This document shows positions 8,991-19,800 of a stretch of DNA of 64,000 nt, in pieces. The notes under the pieces are model-generated. The model was not told the DNA's origin. It worked only from the letters and a program-made list of their open reading frames with translations, and did no database searches. The stretch covers positions 86 to 64,085 of the forward strand of contig CAKUFZ010000002.1 of NCBI GenBank assembly GCA_934654475.1, given 5' to 3'. The stretch comes from an uncultured Coriobacteriales bacterium. GTDB taxonomy: Bacteria; Actinomycetota; Coriobacteriia; Coriobacteriales; UMGS124. Made by a program: the position numbers and the translations under genes. Numbering within the stretch: the stretch's first letter is position 1; the number at the start of each line of letters is the position of its first letter.

Positions 8991-9683
8991 CTAGGCTGCA
9001 TCGTTGGACTGTTCAGCATCAGGATCGCTCCTCAGGATACGCACGCCCCTCACGACATAGATGAGGGCGGCCGCGACGGAAAGAATGCAACCGACATAGA
9101 CAAGCCAGATACCCATGCTCGTCGTGGCGGCTCCAAAGCCGGGAAGGAAAGAGCATTCGAAAAGGTTGAGACCGGGCATGGGGAAGAGGTCGAAGAGCAG
9201 TACGGAAAAGCCTGCCATGAGAATGAACGTGCAGGCCTTGCCGGTGTAGCACACGTCGGGAATGCGCCCGTGCTTCTTCATGAGAACGGCTCCGCCCACA
9301 AACAGCAGCGCATCGCGCGTCACCAGGTAGCAAACGGTCCAGGCGGGAATGCGTGAGGTGACGAGCAGGGCGATGACGCCGCTGAAGATGAGGACGCGGT
9401 CCATCACCGGGTCGAAGCGCTTACCGAAGAGGCTTACCTGCTTGAGGCGGCGCGCGAGCTTACCGTCGACCCAGTCGGTGCAGGCCGCGATGATGAAGAG
9501 CACCACGGCAAGAGTGTGATATTGCTCCTGGGGATAGAGCACTAGGAAACAGGCGGTGAGCACAAGACGGCACAACGTGATGAGGTTGGGAATCGTTGCC
9601 AACGTATGCAGGGGATTGTCGGGTGTACCGGGTTCTGCCGTTGGGTCGACAAGGCCCAAACCCCGTGTGCGATCTTTTGACAT
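8991..9683 (-). CDS. CDP-alcohol phosphatidyltransferase family membrane protein
   Basis: 230 aa and multi-pass hydrophobic. The family motif is DWVDGKLARRLKQVSLFGKRFDPVMDRV, matching D-x2-DG-x2-AR-x8-G-x3-D-x3-D. Confidence 0.8.
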   Translation of the reverse strand: MSKDRTRGLGLVDPTAEPGTPDNPLHTLATIPNLITLCRLVLTACFLVLYPQEQYHTLAVVLFIIAACTDWVDGKLARRLKQVSLFGKRFDPVMDRVLIFSGVIALLVTSRIPAWTVCYLVTRDALLFVGGAVLMKKHGRIPDVCYTGKACTFILMAGFSVLLFDLFPMPGLNLFECSFLPGFGAATTSMGIWLVYVGCILSVAAALIYVVRGVRILRSDPDAEQSNDAA

Positions 9684-9906
9684 GCTGCTCTCCCCTGCTT
9701 ATGCCTGGTAAAAATTCTTGGGATGCATTATACGAAAGCACCCTGCCCCTTTGGACGGGAACAATGCTGCCCTACGAAGTCAACGTGGGAAAAAATAGTA
9801 TTCTACCTGCGTTGGTGTACACATCCGTATACCAACCTTACGGTAGTGTCATACGCGGCCTACAGGCTTCCCACATTGGCTGGCGATGAGGGTGATGCCA
9901 AGAACC

Positions 9907-9938
9907 AAAAAAGCCTGGGACTTCAAGAAGTCCCAGGC
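9907..9938 (-). terminator. Rho-independent terminator downstream of tRNA-Pro
   Basis: Stem gcctgggac (9913-9921) / gtcccaggc (9930-9938) with an 8-nt loop. The A6 at 9907-9912 reads as a T6 tail on the minus strand. Confidence 0.85.
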
Positions 9939-9950
9939 TCTCAGTAAACA

Positions 9951-10027
<77 letters not shown>

Positions 10028-10144
10028 TGCTCAAGTGCGTAGGTAACTATATGTCATCTCTCCTTGGTTGGGCAAGGAAAAGCTTGCAATGTACCTGTTA
10101 TCCACATTTTTGACACAAGATGTCCGAGGAATGCGTTGGAACGC

Positions 10145-10924
10145 TTATCCGTCGGATGGGTCTTGCGCCTGTGCGACGACCTCTTTGGCGACGCGCAAAG
10201 AAAGCCCCGTAGCGAAGCCGCGCCCCATGAGAAAGCGAGCGATCTTCTCCGTTGGGTTCTTGGACGGTATCGCTCGCCTGCTGGCGGCAGCCAATGCCCG
10301 CTCGTACTCCCGATCCTGTGTGAGGCCGTCTAGGGCTTCTTCACCGGCATCTTCCAGCGAAAGGCCGAACCGTTCCAGTTCGCGAGAGATGCGAGCCTTG
10401 CCCCAGCCAGCCCGGGTTTTGGAATTGACAAAAGCCTGCGCATAGCGAGTGTCGCTAATCACACCACAGCGCCTGGCCTTATCCACCGCGGCTTGCGAAG
10501 CTTCTTTAGAGTACCCCTCTTGCACGAGCAGGTTGAGCACGTCCTTACCAGGGCGTTCCCTTGCGCTCAGCTTGGAACAAGCGCGCTCGAAGGCGGCCTG
10601 CTCCAAGGCCGTGCGGGCATATGCCTCGAAATCAGCCGCGTCTTCAAAGGTTTGGCGACCCGAGGCAAACACGCGTCGCGCGTTCGCGGGGATTTCCAGG
10701 TCATGGGTGGCCGTCGGGGTGGCGGCATCACCGTTGTGCGGCTCGTCGGCGAGCAGTTTGCAAAGAACGCGCCTGCCTTTGCAGGGGGATGAAGCATGTT
10801 CTTCCTCTTGCAGGTGCAGGCGCAAGGGTGCCGCCTGGGTATCAGCGGCACCCTTGCGTTGGCGTTGGTGGCGCTCAAGCTCGTCGAGAAGGCATCGCAC
10901 ACGCTCAACCTCGGTCTGCGCCAT
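10145..10924 (-). CDS. recX: Recombination regulator RecX with an extended N-terminus
   Basis: 259 aa located directly downstream of recA. RecX-type helical repeats are present (RYAQAFVNSKTRAGWGKARISRELERFGL..KIARFLMGRGF). Confidence 0.85.
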   Translation of the reverse strand: MAQTEVERVRCLLDELERHQRQRKGAADTQAAPLRLHLQEEEHASSPCKGRRVLCKLLADEPHNGDAATPTATHDLEIPANARRVFASGRQTFEDAADFEAYARTALEQAAFERACSKLSARERPGKDVLNLLVQEGYSKEASQAAVDKARRCGVISDTRYAQAFVNSKTRAGWGKARISRELERFGLSLEDAGEEALDGLTQDREYERALAAASRRAIPSKNPTEKIARFLMGRGFATGLSLRVAKEVVAQAQDPSDG

Positions 10925-10953
10925 GGCACACCTGTTTCAGGTTGAAAGAAAGC

Positions 10954-12030
10954 CTAAGCGTTCTCAACAGGCTCGCCCACAGGGGCGTCCTCATTGGGAA
11001 GCAGGCCGATGGCCACGCGGACCTTGTGGTCGATCTCGTTGCAAAGCTCGGGATTCTGCTTGAGGAAGTCCTTGGCCGCCTCGCGCCCCTGGCCGATGCG
11101 CTCCTGGCCGTAGGTGTACCACGAACCAGACTTGTTGACGATGTTCTCGTCAACGGCCATGTCAAGCACGCAGCCCTCTTTGGAGATGCCCTCTCCGTAG
11201 AGAATGTCGAACTCCGCCTGACGGAAAGGCGCAGCTACCTTGTTCTTCACGACCTTGACGCGCACGCGGTTGCCGATGACGTCGGTGCCCTTCTTGATGC
11301 TCTCGACGCGGCGGATCTCCAGGCGCACGGAGGCGAAGAACTTAAGCGCGCGGCCACCGGTGGTCGTCTCGGGGTTGCCGAACATGACGCCGATCTTCTC
11401 GCGCAGCTGGTTGATGAAGATGCACGTGGTCTTGGACTTGGAGAGCGAGCCAGCCAGCTTGCGCAAGGCCTGGCTCATGAGGCGAGCCTGAAGGCCCACG
11501 GAGCTGTCGCCGATCTCGCCTTCGATTTCGGCACGGGGCACGAGAGCGGCGACCGAGTCGATGACGATGACGTCGATGGCTCCGGAGCGCACAAGCATGT
11601 CGCAGATCTCAAGCGCGTCCTCGCCGGTGTCGGGCTGGGAGATGAGCACTTCGTCGATGTCGACGCCCAAGCGGGCGGCATAGCCCGGGTCGAGGGCGTG
11701 CTCGGCGTCGATGAACGCCACGACGCCGCCCATGGCCTGAGCCTCGGCGAGAATCTCCAACGACAGTGTCGTCTTGCCGCTCGACTCAGGGCCGTAAATC
11801 TCGATAATGCGGCCGCGCGGAACGCCGCCGATGCCAAGCGCTGCGTCGAGCGCCAAGGCGCCGGTGGGGATGGACTCCACCGACAGGGCGTCGGCCGCAT
11901 CGCCGAACTTCATGATGGATCCCTTGCCGAAGCGCTTCTCAATCTCGCTCGTCGTGAGCTCGATCATCTTGGTGCGCTCGTCGCCCTCGGTACGGGCGTG
12001 AATCTCCTTGGAGACTGAAGACTTTGCCAT
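10954..12030 (-). CDS. recA: Recombinase RecA
   Basis: 358 aa with [11 protein letters not shown], Walker [10 protein letters not shown] and IVIDSVAAL. Confidence 0.97.
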   Translation of the reverse strand: MAKSSVSKEIHARTEGDERTKMIELTTSEIEKRFGKGSIMKFGDAADALSVESIPTGALALDAALGIGGVPRGRIIEIYGPESSGKTTLSLEILAEAQAMGGVVAFIDAEHALDPGYAARLGVDIDEVLISQPDTGEDALEICDMLVRSGAIDVIVIDSVAALVPRAEIEGEIGDSSVGLQARLMSQALRKLAGSLSKSKTTCIFINQLREKIGVMFGNPETTTGGRALKFFASVRLEIRRVESIKKGTDVIGNRVRVKVVKNKVAAPFRQAEFDILYGEGISKEGCVLDMAVDENIVNKSGSWYTYGQERIGQGREAAKDFLKQNPELCNEIDHKVRVAIGLLPNEDAPVGEPVENA

Positions 12031-12189
12031 GTCGATTCCTTCTCGTTATGGGCCGTGCGGGTTGCGTTCCCGTTCGTCGCCACGCAATTCTGCCACGCAT
12101 CGCTGGCAGGTTCCATCATGGCGACAAGTTTTTGGTCACGCGCGGGCGTGACGATCCTGTGACGTATGTGACGCGCAGGGCGTGCGGTT

Positions 12190-13371
12190 CTAGTTGGCGC
12201 TCCTGCTCATGTGCTCCATGAGCATTTCGAGTGCCTTGTCCACGGCTTGTGCGCGCACCTGGGCGCGGGAACCCTCAAAGATGCAGCGCTGGCTTGTCAC
12301 CGTGCCGTCAGGACAGGCCAAGCCCAGGCAGACGCAGCCCAGGGGAGCCTGCGGAGTTGCCCCGCCAGGTCCGGCGACACCGGTCGCGCTGAGGGCGTAG
12401 TCGGCTCCCAGGCGCTTCTTGGCGCCAAGGGCCATGGCGCGTGCCGTCTCTTCGGAAACGACGCCGTCACGCTCCACCTGCTCGGGGTTGAGGCCCAAGG
12501 CGCGGACCTTTTCGTCCACCGTATAGGTGACGGCGCCACCGCGCACGACCGACGACGAACCGGGCTGCGAGGTGAGGGCTGCGCAGACAAGGCCACCCGT
12601 GCACGATTCAGCCGTGCAAACGCTCAGGCCTTTTTCGGTCAAACCCGCGAGGACCTCTCGGGCAAGCGGATGGTCGCCCTCGACCGTGCCCCAAGCAAAA
12701 GCGAGATTGTTGGAAACCTTCTCAGCCTGCTCCTGCCCTTCAGCCTTGGCCGGGGTCGCCGCAAGCAGCGGCCAAGCCTTGGCGAAGTAATCCACCATCG
12801 AGGCAATGGTGAAGAAGACGGCCACAAGCATCAGGGCCCATGCAAACACGCGAAACCACGTGAGCGCAGCCACGATGGGCGACACCATGAGGATGAACAG
12901 GCAGATGGCAACCATGGTGGTCGCGGTCTTGATCTTGCCGAGAATAGATGCCGAGACGACGACGCCGGCCGAGGCCACAAGCATGCGAAGGCCGCTCACG
13001 AGCATCTCGCGGGCAACGATTACAATGGGGACCCAGCTGCTCAAAAGACCCAGCTGCACAAGGCACAGAAGCGCCGCCACAACGAGGATTTTGTCGGCAA
13101 TGGGGTCGATGAACTTGCCGAAGACGGTCACCTCGTTGCGCGAACGTGCCAGGTAACCGTCGAGCGTGTCCGTCAGGCAGATGAGGCCGAACACGACGAG
13201 GGAGACCACCGCGCGCACGGTGAGGCCCATCGGGTCGGTCCCAAACAGGCATTGCTCCCATGGTGTGAGCAGCGCAATGACGAAGACCGGGATGAACAGT
13301 ATTCGAATGACCGTAACGATGTTGGCCGGCGTCCACTCGATGCCGCCATACACCTTGTTAGGCTTGGACAT
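12190..13371 (-). CDS. Fusion protein: CDP-diacylglycerol--glycerol-3-phosphate phosphatidyltransferase (PgsA) domain plus CinA C-terminal (PncC-type) domain
   Basis: The N-terminal membrane domain carries DTLDGYLARSRNEVTVFGKFIDPIADKI. The C-terminal 160 aa carry the CinA signature TAESCTGGLVCAALTSQPGSSSVVRGGAVTY in the same ORF. Confidence 0.8.
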   Translation of the reverse strand: MSKPNKVYGGIEWTPANIVTVIRILFIPVFVIALLTPWEQCLFGTDPMGLTVRAVVSLVVFGLICLTDTLDGYLARSRNEVTVFGKFIDPIADKILVVAALLCLVQLGLLSSWVPIVIVAREMLVSGLRMLVASAGVVVSASILGKIKTATTMVAICLFILMVSPIVAALTWFRVFAWALMLVAVFFTIASMVDYFAKAWPLLAATPAKAEGQEQAEKVSNNLAFAWGTVEGDHPLAREVLAGLTEKGLSVCTAESCTGGLVCAALTSQPGSSSVVRGGAVTYTVDEKVRALGLNPEQVERDGVVSEETARAMALGAKKRLGADYALSATGVAGPGGATPQAPLGCVCLGLACPDGTVTSQRCIFEGSRAQVRAQAVDKALEMLMEHMSRSAN

Positions 13372-13383
13372 GCTTTGCCTCGC

Positions 13384-14727
13384 TTATCGCACGATGTGAC
13401 CAAAGAGCTCGTAGCACACCGACTCGTCAATCTGCACGTCGACGAACTCGCCCATGGCGACGTCGACGGGTCCGAGATGCACCACGCCGTCGGAGTCGGG
13501 CGCCTGGAAGTAGGTGCGGCCCAGGATGTCGAGCTGGCCCTCGTCGTCTTCCTCGTGGGCGTCGACGAGCACACGGACGACCTGGCCCACATGCTTGGCG
13601 GCGCTGGCAAAGCCGTACGTCTCGGCAATGTCGACCATCTGCTGCTCGCGGTCGTGCTTGACGTCCTCATCGACCTGGTCGGCCATGCCGGCTGCCTCGG
13701 TGCCGTCCTCCTGCGAGTAGGCAAAGACGGAGCAGTAGTCGAACTCGGCCTTCTCGATGAACTCGACGAGCTCTTCGAACTGTTCCTCGGTCTCACCAGG
13801 GAAGCCCACGAGCGCGGTCGTGCGCAGCGTGATGCCGGGCACCTCGCGGCGCAGGCGCGCGACCATCTCGAGGAACTCGGAGGTGCAGCCGGTACGGTTC
13901 ATGTTCTTGAGGACCTCGGCATTGCTGTGCTGCAGCGGGATGTCGATGTACTTGACGACCTCCGGGGTGTCGCGGATGGCCGCGACGAGCTCGTCGGTGA
14001 GGCCCTCGGGCTGAAGGTAGAGCACGCGCACCCAGCCGCCGTAGGGACGTACCTCCTGAGCCACGGCCTGCAAGAGCCACGCCAGGTTGTGGTCGCCGGG
14101 CAGGTCATGGCCCCAGATGCCGGTGTCCTGGCCGATGAGGACGATCTCACGCACACCGCCTTCGAGCAGATGGCGCACCTCGGAGAGGATGACGTCGGCC
14201 TCACGCGAGAAATAGCGGCCGCGAATGTAAGGGATGGCGCAGAAGGAGCAGAACCTGTCGCAGCCATCGGAAATCTTCACGTAGGCGAAGGCGGCCTGAA
14301 CCGTACGAACGACCCCGGGGGCCTCCTGGGTGCACTCCTCCACGCCGAGCACGCGCTTGAGGACCGAGCAGATCTCGTCTTCGCGCTTGCAGGGGACGAA
14401 GGCCGCCACGTCGGGCATCTCATGCTCGATCTCGTCGCCGTAGCGGGCGGGGATGCAGCCGGCCATGACGATGGGACAGGTAATGCCGTCCTCAAGTTTC
14501 TCCGCCACGAGGGAGAGCGTCGTCTCGATGCCCTCCTCCACGGCGCTCATGAGAAACGAGCACGTGTTGACGATGATGACGTCGGCGTTGTCAGGGTCGT
14601 CGATGACCTCGAGCTGAGTGTCGGCGTCGATGAGTGCTCTCATGCGGTCGCTGTCGACCTCGTTCTTGGCGCAGCCCAGCGTGATGAAAGCGACGTTTTT
14701 GGTGGTGTTGGTTTGCATATGTTGCAT
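13384..14727 (-). CDS. rimO: Radical-SAM methylthiotransferase, RimO-like (ribosomal protein S12 methylthiotransferase)
   Basis: 447 aa with an MTTase N-domain (FITLGCAKNEVDS), a radical-SAM cluster motif (CDRFCSFC) and a C-terminal TRAM-like segment. The position upstream of pgsA/cinA/recA is typical for actinobacterial rimO. Confidence 0.7.
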   Translation of the reverse strand: MQHMQTNTTKNVAFITLGCAKNEVDSDRMRALIDADTQLEVIDDPDNADVIIVNTCSFLMSAVEEGIETTLSLVAEKLEDGITCPIVMAGCIPARYGDEIEHEMPDVAAFVPCKREDEICSVLKRVLGVEECTQEAPGVVRTVQAAFAYVKISDGCDRFCSFCAIPYIRGRYFSREADVILSEVRHLLEGGVREIVLIGQDTGIWGHDLPGDHNLAWLLQAVAQEVRPYGGWVRVLYLQPEGLTDELVAAIRDTPEVVKYIDIPLQHSNAEVLKNMNRTGCTSEFLEMVARLRREVPGITLRTTALVGFPGETEEQFEELVEFIEKAEFDYCSVFAYSQEDGTEAAGMADQVDEDVKHDREQQMVDIAETYGFASAAKHVGQVVRVLVDAHEEDDEGQLDILGRTYFQAPDSDGVVHLGPVDVAMGEFVDVQIDESVCYELFGHIVR

Positions 14728-14743
14728 GGCCTTCCGGCGACTC

Positions 14744-15244
14744 TTAGCGATAGTTGGTGAACTGGAGGGGCTGACCGTAGTCCTGCTCGCGCAGGAAGGC
14801 GATGACGGCCTGAAGGGCGTCCTTGCTCGGCGAGGAGACCTTGAGCTTGTCGCCCTCGACGGTCACCTTGACCTTGAACTTCGCGTCGCGCACATCCTTG
14901 CTGATCTTCTTGGCAAGCTCCTGCTCGATGCCCTGCACCACGGTGCCGATGACGCGCACGGTACCGGCGCTTGCAGGCTGGGGGTCGCCAAAGGAGACGG
15001 AGGACAGGTCGACCTTGCGACGGACGAGGCGCGTCTGGAAGACGTCGATGACCTGGGAGGCAACGAACTCGGAGGGTGCCTGCACGGTCACAACGCCCTT
15101 GGCCTTGTCAAGCTCGATGGTGGCGTGGGAGTCCTTGAGGTCGTAGCGCTGCACGAGCTCCTTGGTCGTCTGCTGGTAGGCGTTGTCGACCTCCTGCATG
15201 TCGACTTCGGAAACGACGTCGAAGCTGCTGTCTTTGGATGCCAT
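14744..15244 (-). CDS. yajQ: YajQ-family nucleotide-binding protein (UPF0234)
   Basis: 166 aa with a typical YajQ N-terminus (SSFDVVSEVDMQEVDNA) and size. Confidence 0.85.
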   Translation of the reverse strand: MASKDSSFDVVSEVDMQEVDNAYQQTTKELVQRYDLKDSHATIELDKAKGVVTVQAPSEFVASQVIDVFQTRLVRRKVDLSSVSFGDPQPASAGTVRVIGTVVQGIEQELAKKISKDVRDAKFKVKVTVEGDKLKVSSPSKDALQAVIAFLREQDYGQPLQFTNYR

Positions 15245-15307
15245 GTGTCTCTCCTTGTTTCAGGGGGCCATGCGCCCCAATCGGTCAATCAATAGGATGC
15301 AAAGGCG

Positions 15308-16828
15308 TTAACCCTCGTATGAGTCGTCTTCGCCGTAATAGCCGGAATCGTCGTACGAGCCGTAGTCGCTGTAATCCGTGTCGTCGGTCCACTCGTCTTG
15401 AGACGGATCGTACTCGTCCGACCCGTCCTGCGAAGCGGTGTCGGCGGGAGGATCGGGGGCCCACTGGTCTTCGGGAACCGTGGCATTGAGCACGTACGTA
15501 CCGTTCGAGATGGTAGGCGTGACGGAAGTGCCGTTGATGGCAATCGAGACGCCGGTGGAGTCGCTCAACGTCACGGCAAGGGTGCGTCCAATCGTCCATT
15601 CCTGCGTGGACCCAGCTTCCAGGTTGCCCGCATACACGGCGTTGCCGTCGACGTAGACCTCCGCCCAAACAGAGTTTGCCGCGTCGGCTGCAAAGGCAAG
15701 CGAGACCTTGGAGTTCACGGGAATGGCAGTGAGGTCGATGCCGGAGGGATTGAGCTTCGTCGTGTCGACGATCGTGCCTGGCTGAGCCGTTTGATTCGTG
15801 CCGGCCACGCTCGTGACGGGAATGGAGCTGTTGCCCTGCGACTGGGACGCCTTGTTCGTGCACGACGTGGCAGCCACGGCTATCACCACAACGAGCACGA
15901 TGGCAATGACGCCCACAAGAATGAGCATGACGCGCCTGTCGGCCATGATGGTCTGGAGGATGCCCTGGAGCACTTCCGAAACACTCTGCTGTGTGGCATG
16001 CGTCGTTTGGTTGCGTCCTCCCGACCTGCCGCCGCTGCCTCCCTCATACCCGCTGTCGACGTCGAGCGGCTGGGCAGTCTCGCGAGGACGGGAGCTTGGA
16101 CGCTGGCCCTGATATGAACCGGCTGCGGCAGCGCCCGAACCCGTGCGCCTGCCAGCGGTGCCATAGGAGCCCGGCCTCGCCGTATCCTGTCGCGTTCGAA
16201 AATCGGTATAACGGCCGGGCTCGGACTCAAAGCCGGTGTGACCAGGCTGTCTGTTCCTGCTTGCAGGGGCCTCATAGCGACCAGGGGTCGGCGTGCTTGT
16301 ACGGGCCGGCGAGGTGGGACGGCCATATGTGCCGCGGCTGTCCGTTCCGCGCTGGGCACGCGCCTCTGATGAGGCGGACCTTGTGGGCGTGCGCATGGCC
16401 GAGGAGGCACTTTGCGACCTGGCAGTCTGAGACAGTCGGGTGTCCTGGCGGTAGCCGGCGCGCTGATCGGACCGGGTGTCGCGCCGGCGCTCGTCTTGAC
16501 GTGACGCGTCGCGCGAAGAGGCCTGCTGGAAGCGTTCGTCCTGACGGGCATAGCCCTGCTGGCGTGCCTCATATTCGGCAAGCTGCTCGTCGAAGGCGCG
16601 CAAGACCTCGGAAGTGTTGAGGCCCAGGTAGCGAGCGTACGACCCCATCGAGGCGCGTGCATAGCCCTTGGGGGGCATGGCGTCGAAGTCGGTGTACTCG
16701 AACGCCTCGATGACGTGGCGGCGCAGCTTCGTGGCTTCGGCGGCTTTATCGATTGACAGGCCAAGCTCCTTGCGGCGTTTGGCCAGAAGGTTTCCGATGG
16801 GCTGCATGTTCGGCATCTTCTGCATCAC
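15308..16828 (-). CDS. RodZ-like HTH membrane protein with a long disordered linker
   Basis: 506 aa with an N-terminal XRE-type HTH (IGNLLAKRRKELGLSIDKAAEATKLRRHVIEAFE). A roughly 200-aa R/S/T/G-rich region follows, then one TM segment (VMLILVGVIAIVLVVVIAVA) and an extracellular C-domain. Confidence 0.65.
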   Translation of the reverse strand: MMQKMPNMQPIGNLLAKRRKELGLSIDKAAEATKLRRHVIEAFEYTDFDAMPPKGYARASMGSYARYLGLNTSEVLRAFDEQLAEYEARQQGYARQDERFQQASSRDASRQDERRRDTRSDQRAGYRQDTRLSQTARSQSASSAMRTPTRSASSEARAQRGTDSRGTYGRPTSPARTSTPTPGRYEAPASRNRQPGHTGFESEPGRYTDFRTRQDTARPGSYGTAGRRTGSGAAAAGSYQGQRPSSRPRETAQPLDVDSGYEGGSGGRSGGRNQTTHATQQSVSEVLQGILQTIMADRRVMLILVGVIAIVLVVVIAVAATSCTNKASQSQGNSSIPVTSVAGTNQTAQPGTIVDTTKLNPSGIDLTAIPVNSKVSLAFAADAANSVWAEVYVDGNAVYAGNLEAGSTQEWTIGRTLAVTLSDSTGVSIAINGTSVTPTISNGTYVLNATVPEDQWAPDPPADTASQDGSDEYDPSQDEWTDDTDYSDYGSYDDSGYYGEDDSYEG

Positions 16829-19800
16829 TCTCCAGACGGGATGTCGGCGTTGCGGAGCGTCTCAAGCTCGTCGAGGTCAGACACGAGAACGGTTCGCGGC
16901 TTTGAACCCTGGGCAGGGCCCACCACGCCCATTTCCTCGAGCAAGTCCATGACGCGGCCGGCGCGAGCATAGCCGAGCTTCATGCGACGCTGGAGCATGG
17001 AAGTGGAGCCAAGCTGGTTCTCCACGACAAGTTTAGCAGCCTCCCAGGCCAAGGGGTCGTCGTCGCCCGGTCCTGCCGACCCTCCCCTGCCTGTGGGTCC
17101 GGCGGGTTCGGTGGAGGTGTCGAGCGGCAGCTGACCGCCTGCGCTCGGCATGGGGGCCATGGCGCAGGGACGGGCGGCGGGCTGGGACTTGATGTGGTTG
17201 AGAATCGCTGCCTTCTCCTCGTCGGTGACGTTGCATCCCTGGATACGGCGGGGCATGTCGCCAAAAGACGCCTCGAGGAACAGCATGTCGCCGTGGGGCA
17301 GCAGCTTCTCGGCGCCCATCTGGTCGATGATGATGCGCGAGTCGGTGCCCTTCGAAACGCGCAACGCGATGCGGTTGGCGACGTTTGCGCGGATGAGGCC
17401 CGTGACGATGTCGGCGCGCGGGGTCTGCGTGGCGATGACGAGGTGGATACCAGCGGCACGACCCAGCTGGGCCACGCGCACGATGGATGCCTCAACGTCT
17501 TTCTTGGCGACCATCATGAGGTCAGCAAGCTCGTCGATGACGACGACGACGCACGGAAGGGTCGTGAGGTTCGTTTCCCCTTCGGCGATCCTGGCGACAA
17601 GCGAGTTGTAGGAAGCAAGGTCGCGAACGCCCAAGTTGGAGAAGACACGGTAACGCCTGTCCATCTCGGTGACCGCCCACTGCAGTGCCGCGGCGGCCTG
17701 ACGGGGGTCGGTCACGACGGGCATGGCAAGGTGCGGAATGCCGGCATACTCGCTGAACTCGACCTGCTTGGGGTCGACGATGATGAGGCGCAGCTCCTCG
17801 GGTGTGTCGCGCATGAGCATCGACAGGATGATGGAGTTCACAGTGACGGACTTGCCCGAACCGGTGGTACCGGCGATGAGCAGGTGCGGGAGCTTGCCGA
17901 GGTCGGCATGGACGGGCTTGCCGCCGGCATCGAGGCCAACGGCGAAGTCGAGCGGGCCGCCCGTGACGCAAGGCAGCACGTCGCCGAAGGCGACCTCGCG
18001 GCGGCTCTCGTTGGCAACTTCCACACCCACGTAGCTCGTGCCCGCAACAGGCGAGTAGATACGCACGCTGGGCGCAGCAAGGGTGCGGGCGATGTCGTTC
18101 TCCAGGGCGGAAATCCTGTTTACGCGCACGCCCTTGCCGGGGCAGAGGCGATACGTCGTGAACGTGGGGCCTTCGACCCAGTCGACGACATGGGCGTCCA
18201 CGCCAAACTCCGCAAGCGCCGACTGCAACGCGGCAGCAGTCTCTTGGGCGAGCTCGGAGTGCTCCGCAACGAAGCCCTTGCCGCCGTTGGAGCGCCTGGC
18301 CAGTGCCAGCGGGGGAAGCTCGTAGGGACCCTCGTTGACGGGGGCATCCTGCTGGCTTGCCCCGAAGTTGGCAAGAGCCTCGGCGGCCTCGCCGAAAGAG
18401 GCGCGGCGCATGGGCTCCTGGGCAAAAACGCTTGTGGCGTTGAGGCTCGTGGTAGCACTGCGACGCTGCTGGGGAGCCGGGGGCGCCACGACGGGGGCCA
18501 TGGGTTGCACCACATCCGCCGATGCGTCCCCCGCGGGCTCCTCCCAGGGCAGCTCGCACCCGTCGGAATCCTCGTCGAACACGGTGGAGGCGGGGGTCAC
18601 CTCCGCATATGCGTCGTTGTAGCGAGCAGCTTCGACGGCCGTGATGGCGGAGCTGTCAAGAGAGGCCGAATCGCCCTCCCCTACCTGCTGCGCGGGTTGC
18701 ACGCGCATAGGAGCTGCAGGCACAGACGGACGCTTAGCCTCTCGGGCTGCCTCGAAGTCACTCATCGGCTCAACCGGCAAGGCGGCAGCGGGTGCATCAT
18801 CGCGAGGGGCGCATGCTGCGGTCGCGGCCGTAGTGGCAGCCGTGCTGGGCGCAATGGTGCCCTTCTCGGCAATGTATATGTCGTCAGAAGACGCCATCGA
18901 CTCGTCGTAATAGAGCGGGGCACCTGGAATAACGCCCGGGACGAGGCTGTCGGCCTGACCGTCGCCCAGGTCGTTCGGGTCGAAGGCGTCGCGGTTCCAC
19001 TCGTCGGCCGGGTTCCACCAACCCGAGGAGACACGGCGGGCCTTCTTGTTGATGAGCGACTGAGGGGGCTGGGGCAGCGACTCGTCAAGGGCAAACCGCT
19101 GCTCAGGCATGGAGCGCACCTCGAGCACGCGACGATAGTCATCGGCGGGCCCGTATGCGTCGTCATCCTCATAGTCGGCGTCGTCGCGTTCCTGTGCAAG
19201 CAGGGTCGTCTTGGGAGCAGGCTGCACGTGCTCGTATTCAAGGTCGTCCTCGCCGTCAAGGAGCGTCGTCGAGGCGACGCCTGCAGCCTTTGCGCGGCTG
19301 AGAACCGAAGCGGGGGGCGTTGCATAGTCGCGCAGGTCCACGGCCTCGCGGTCGAACGGTATGACCGTGGTAGCAGAGCGTGCGCGGCTCGTGGGCGCGG
19401 CAGTCATGCCAGACTGCGGACGACAGCGGTCGTCAGGGTTGAACAACACGGTGGGCGTGTAGCCTTCAGGCAGCTCATCCTCGTAGAAATCGTTCTCGTA
19501 GCGCGACGCACGGCGCTCGCGAGAGGCACGCCTCTCCGCGCTGCGGGCAAGCGACTGCTGGTGGCGCATGCGCACTTGGGCGACTGCAGAGGAGACATCG
19601 AGGCCGATGATCACAAGGCCTGCGATGGCGATGCCGACGATCACGACAAAGCCGACAATCTGGCCAAAGAGCGAAAGAAGCACCCAGGCGAGGCCGTTGC
19701 CGACATAGCCGCCCCGCGCACGGAGGCTTTCAACGCTGAACAGGATGTTCGCGTCTGCGGTGCAGCCTGCGGTGGTGATGCCGAAGCCGGCCATCACGGC

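Noticed and set aside
10561-12018. 485-aa + strand ORF
   Set aside because: It is fully antisense to recX/recA. It is a typical high-GC shadow ORF.
12211-14760. 849-aa + strand ORF
   Set aside because: It is antisense to the pgsA-cinA fusion and rimO. The composition is low-complexity H/R/G/A/D-rich and no domain motif is present.
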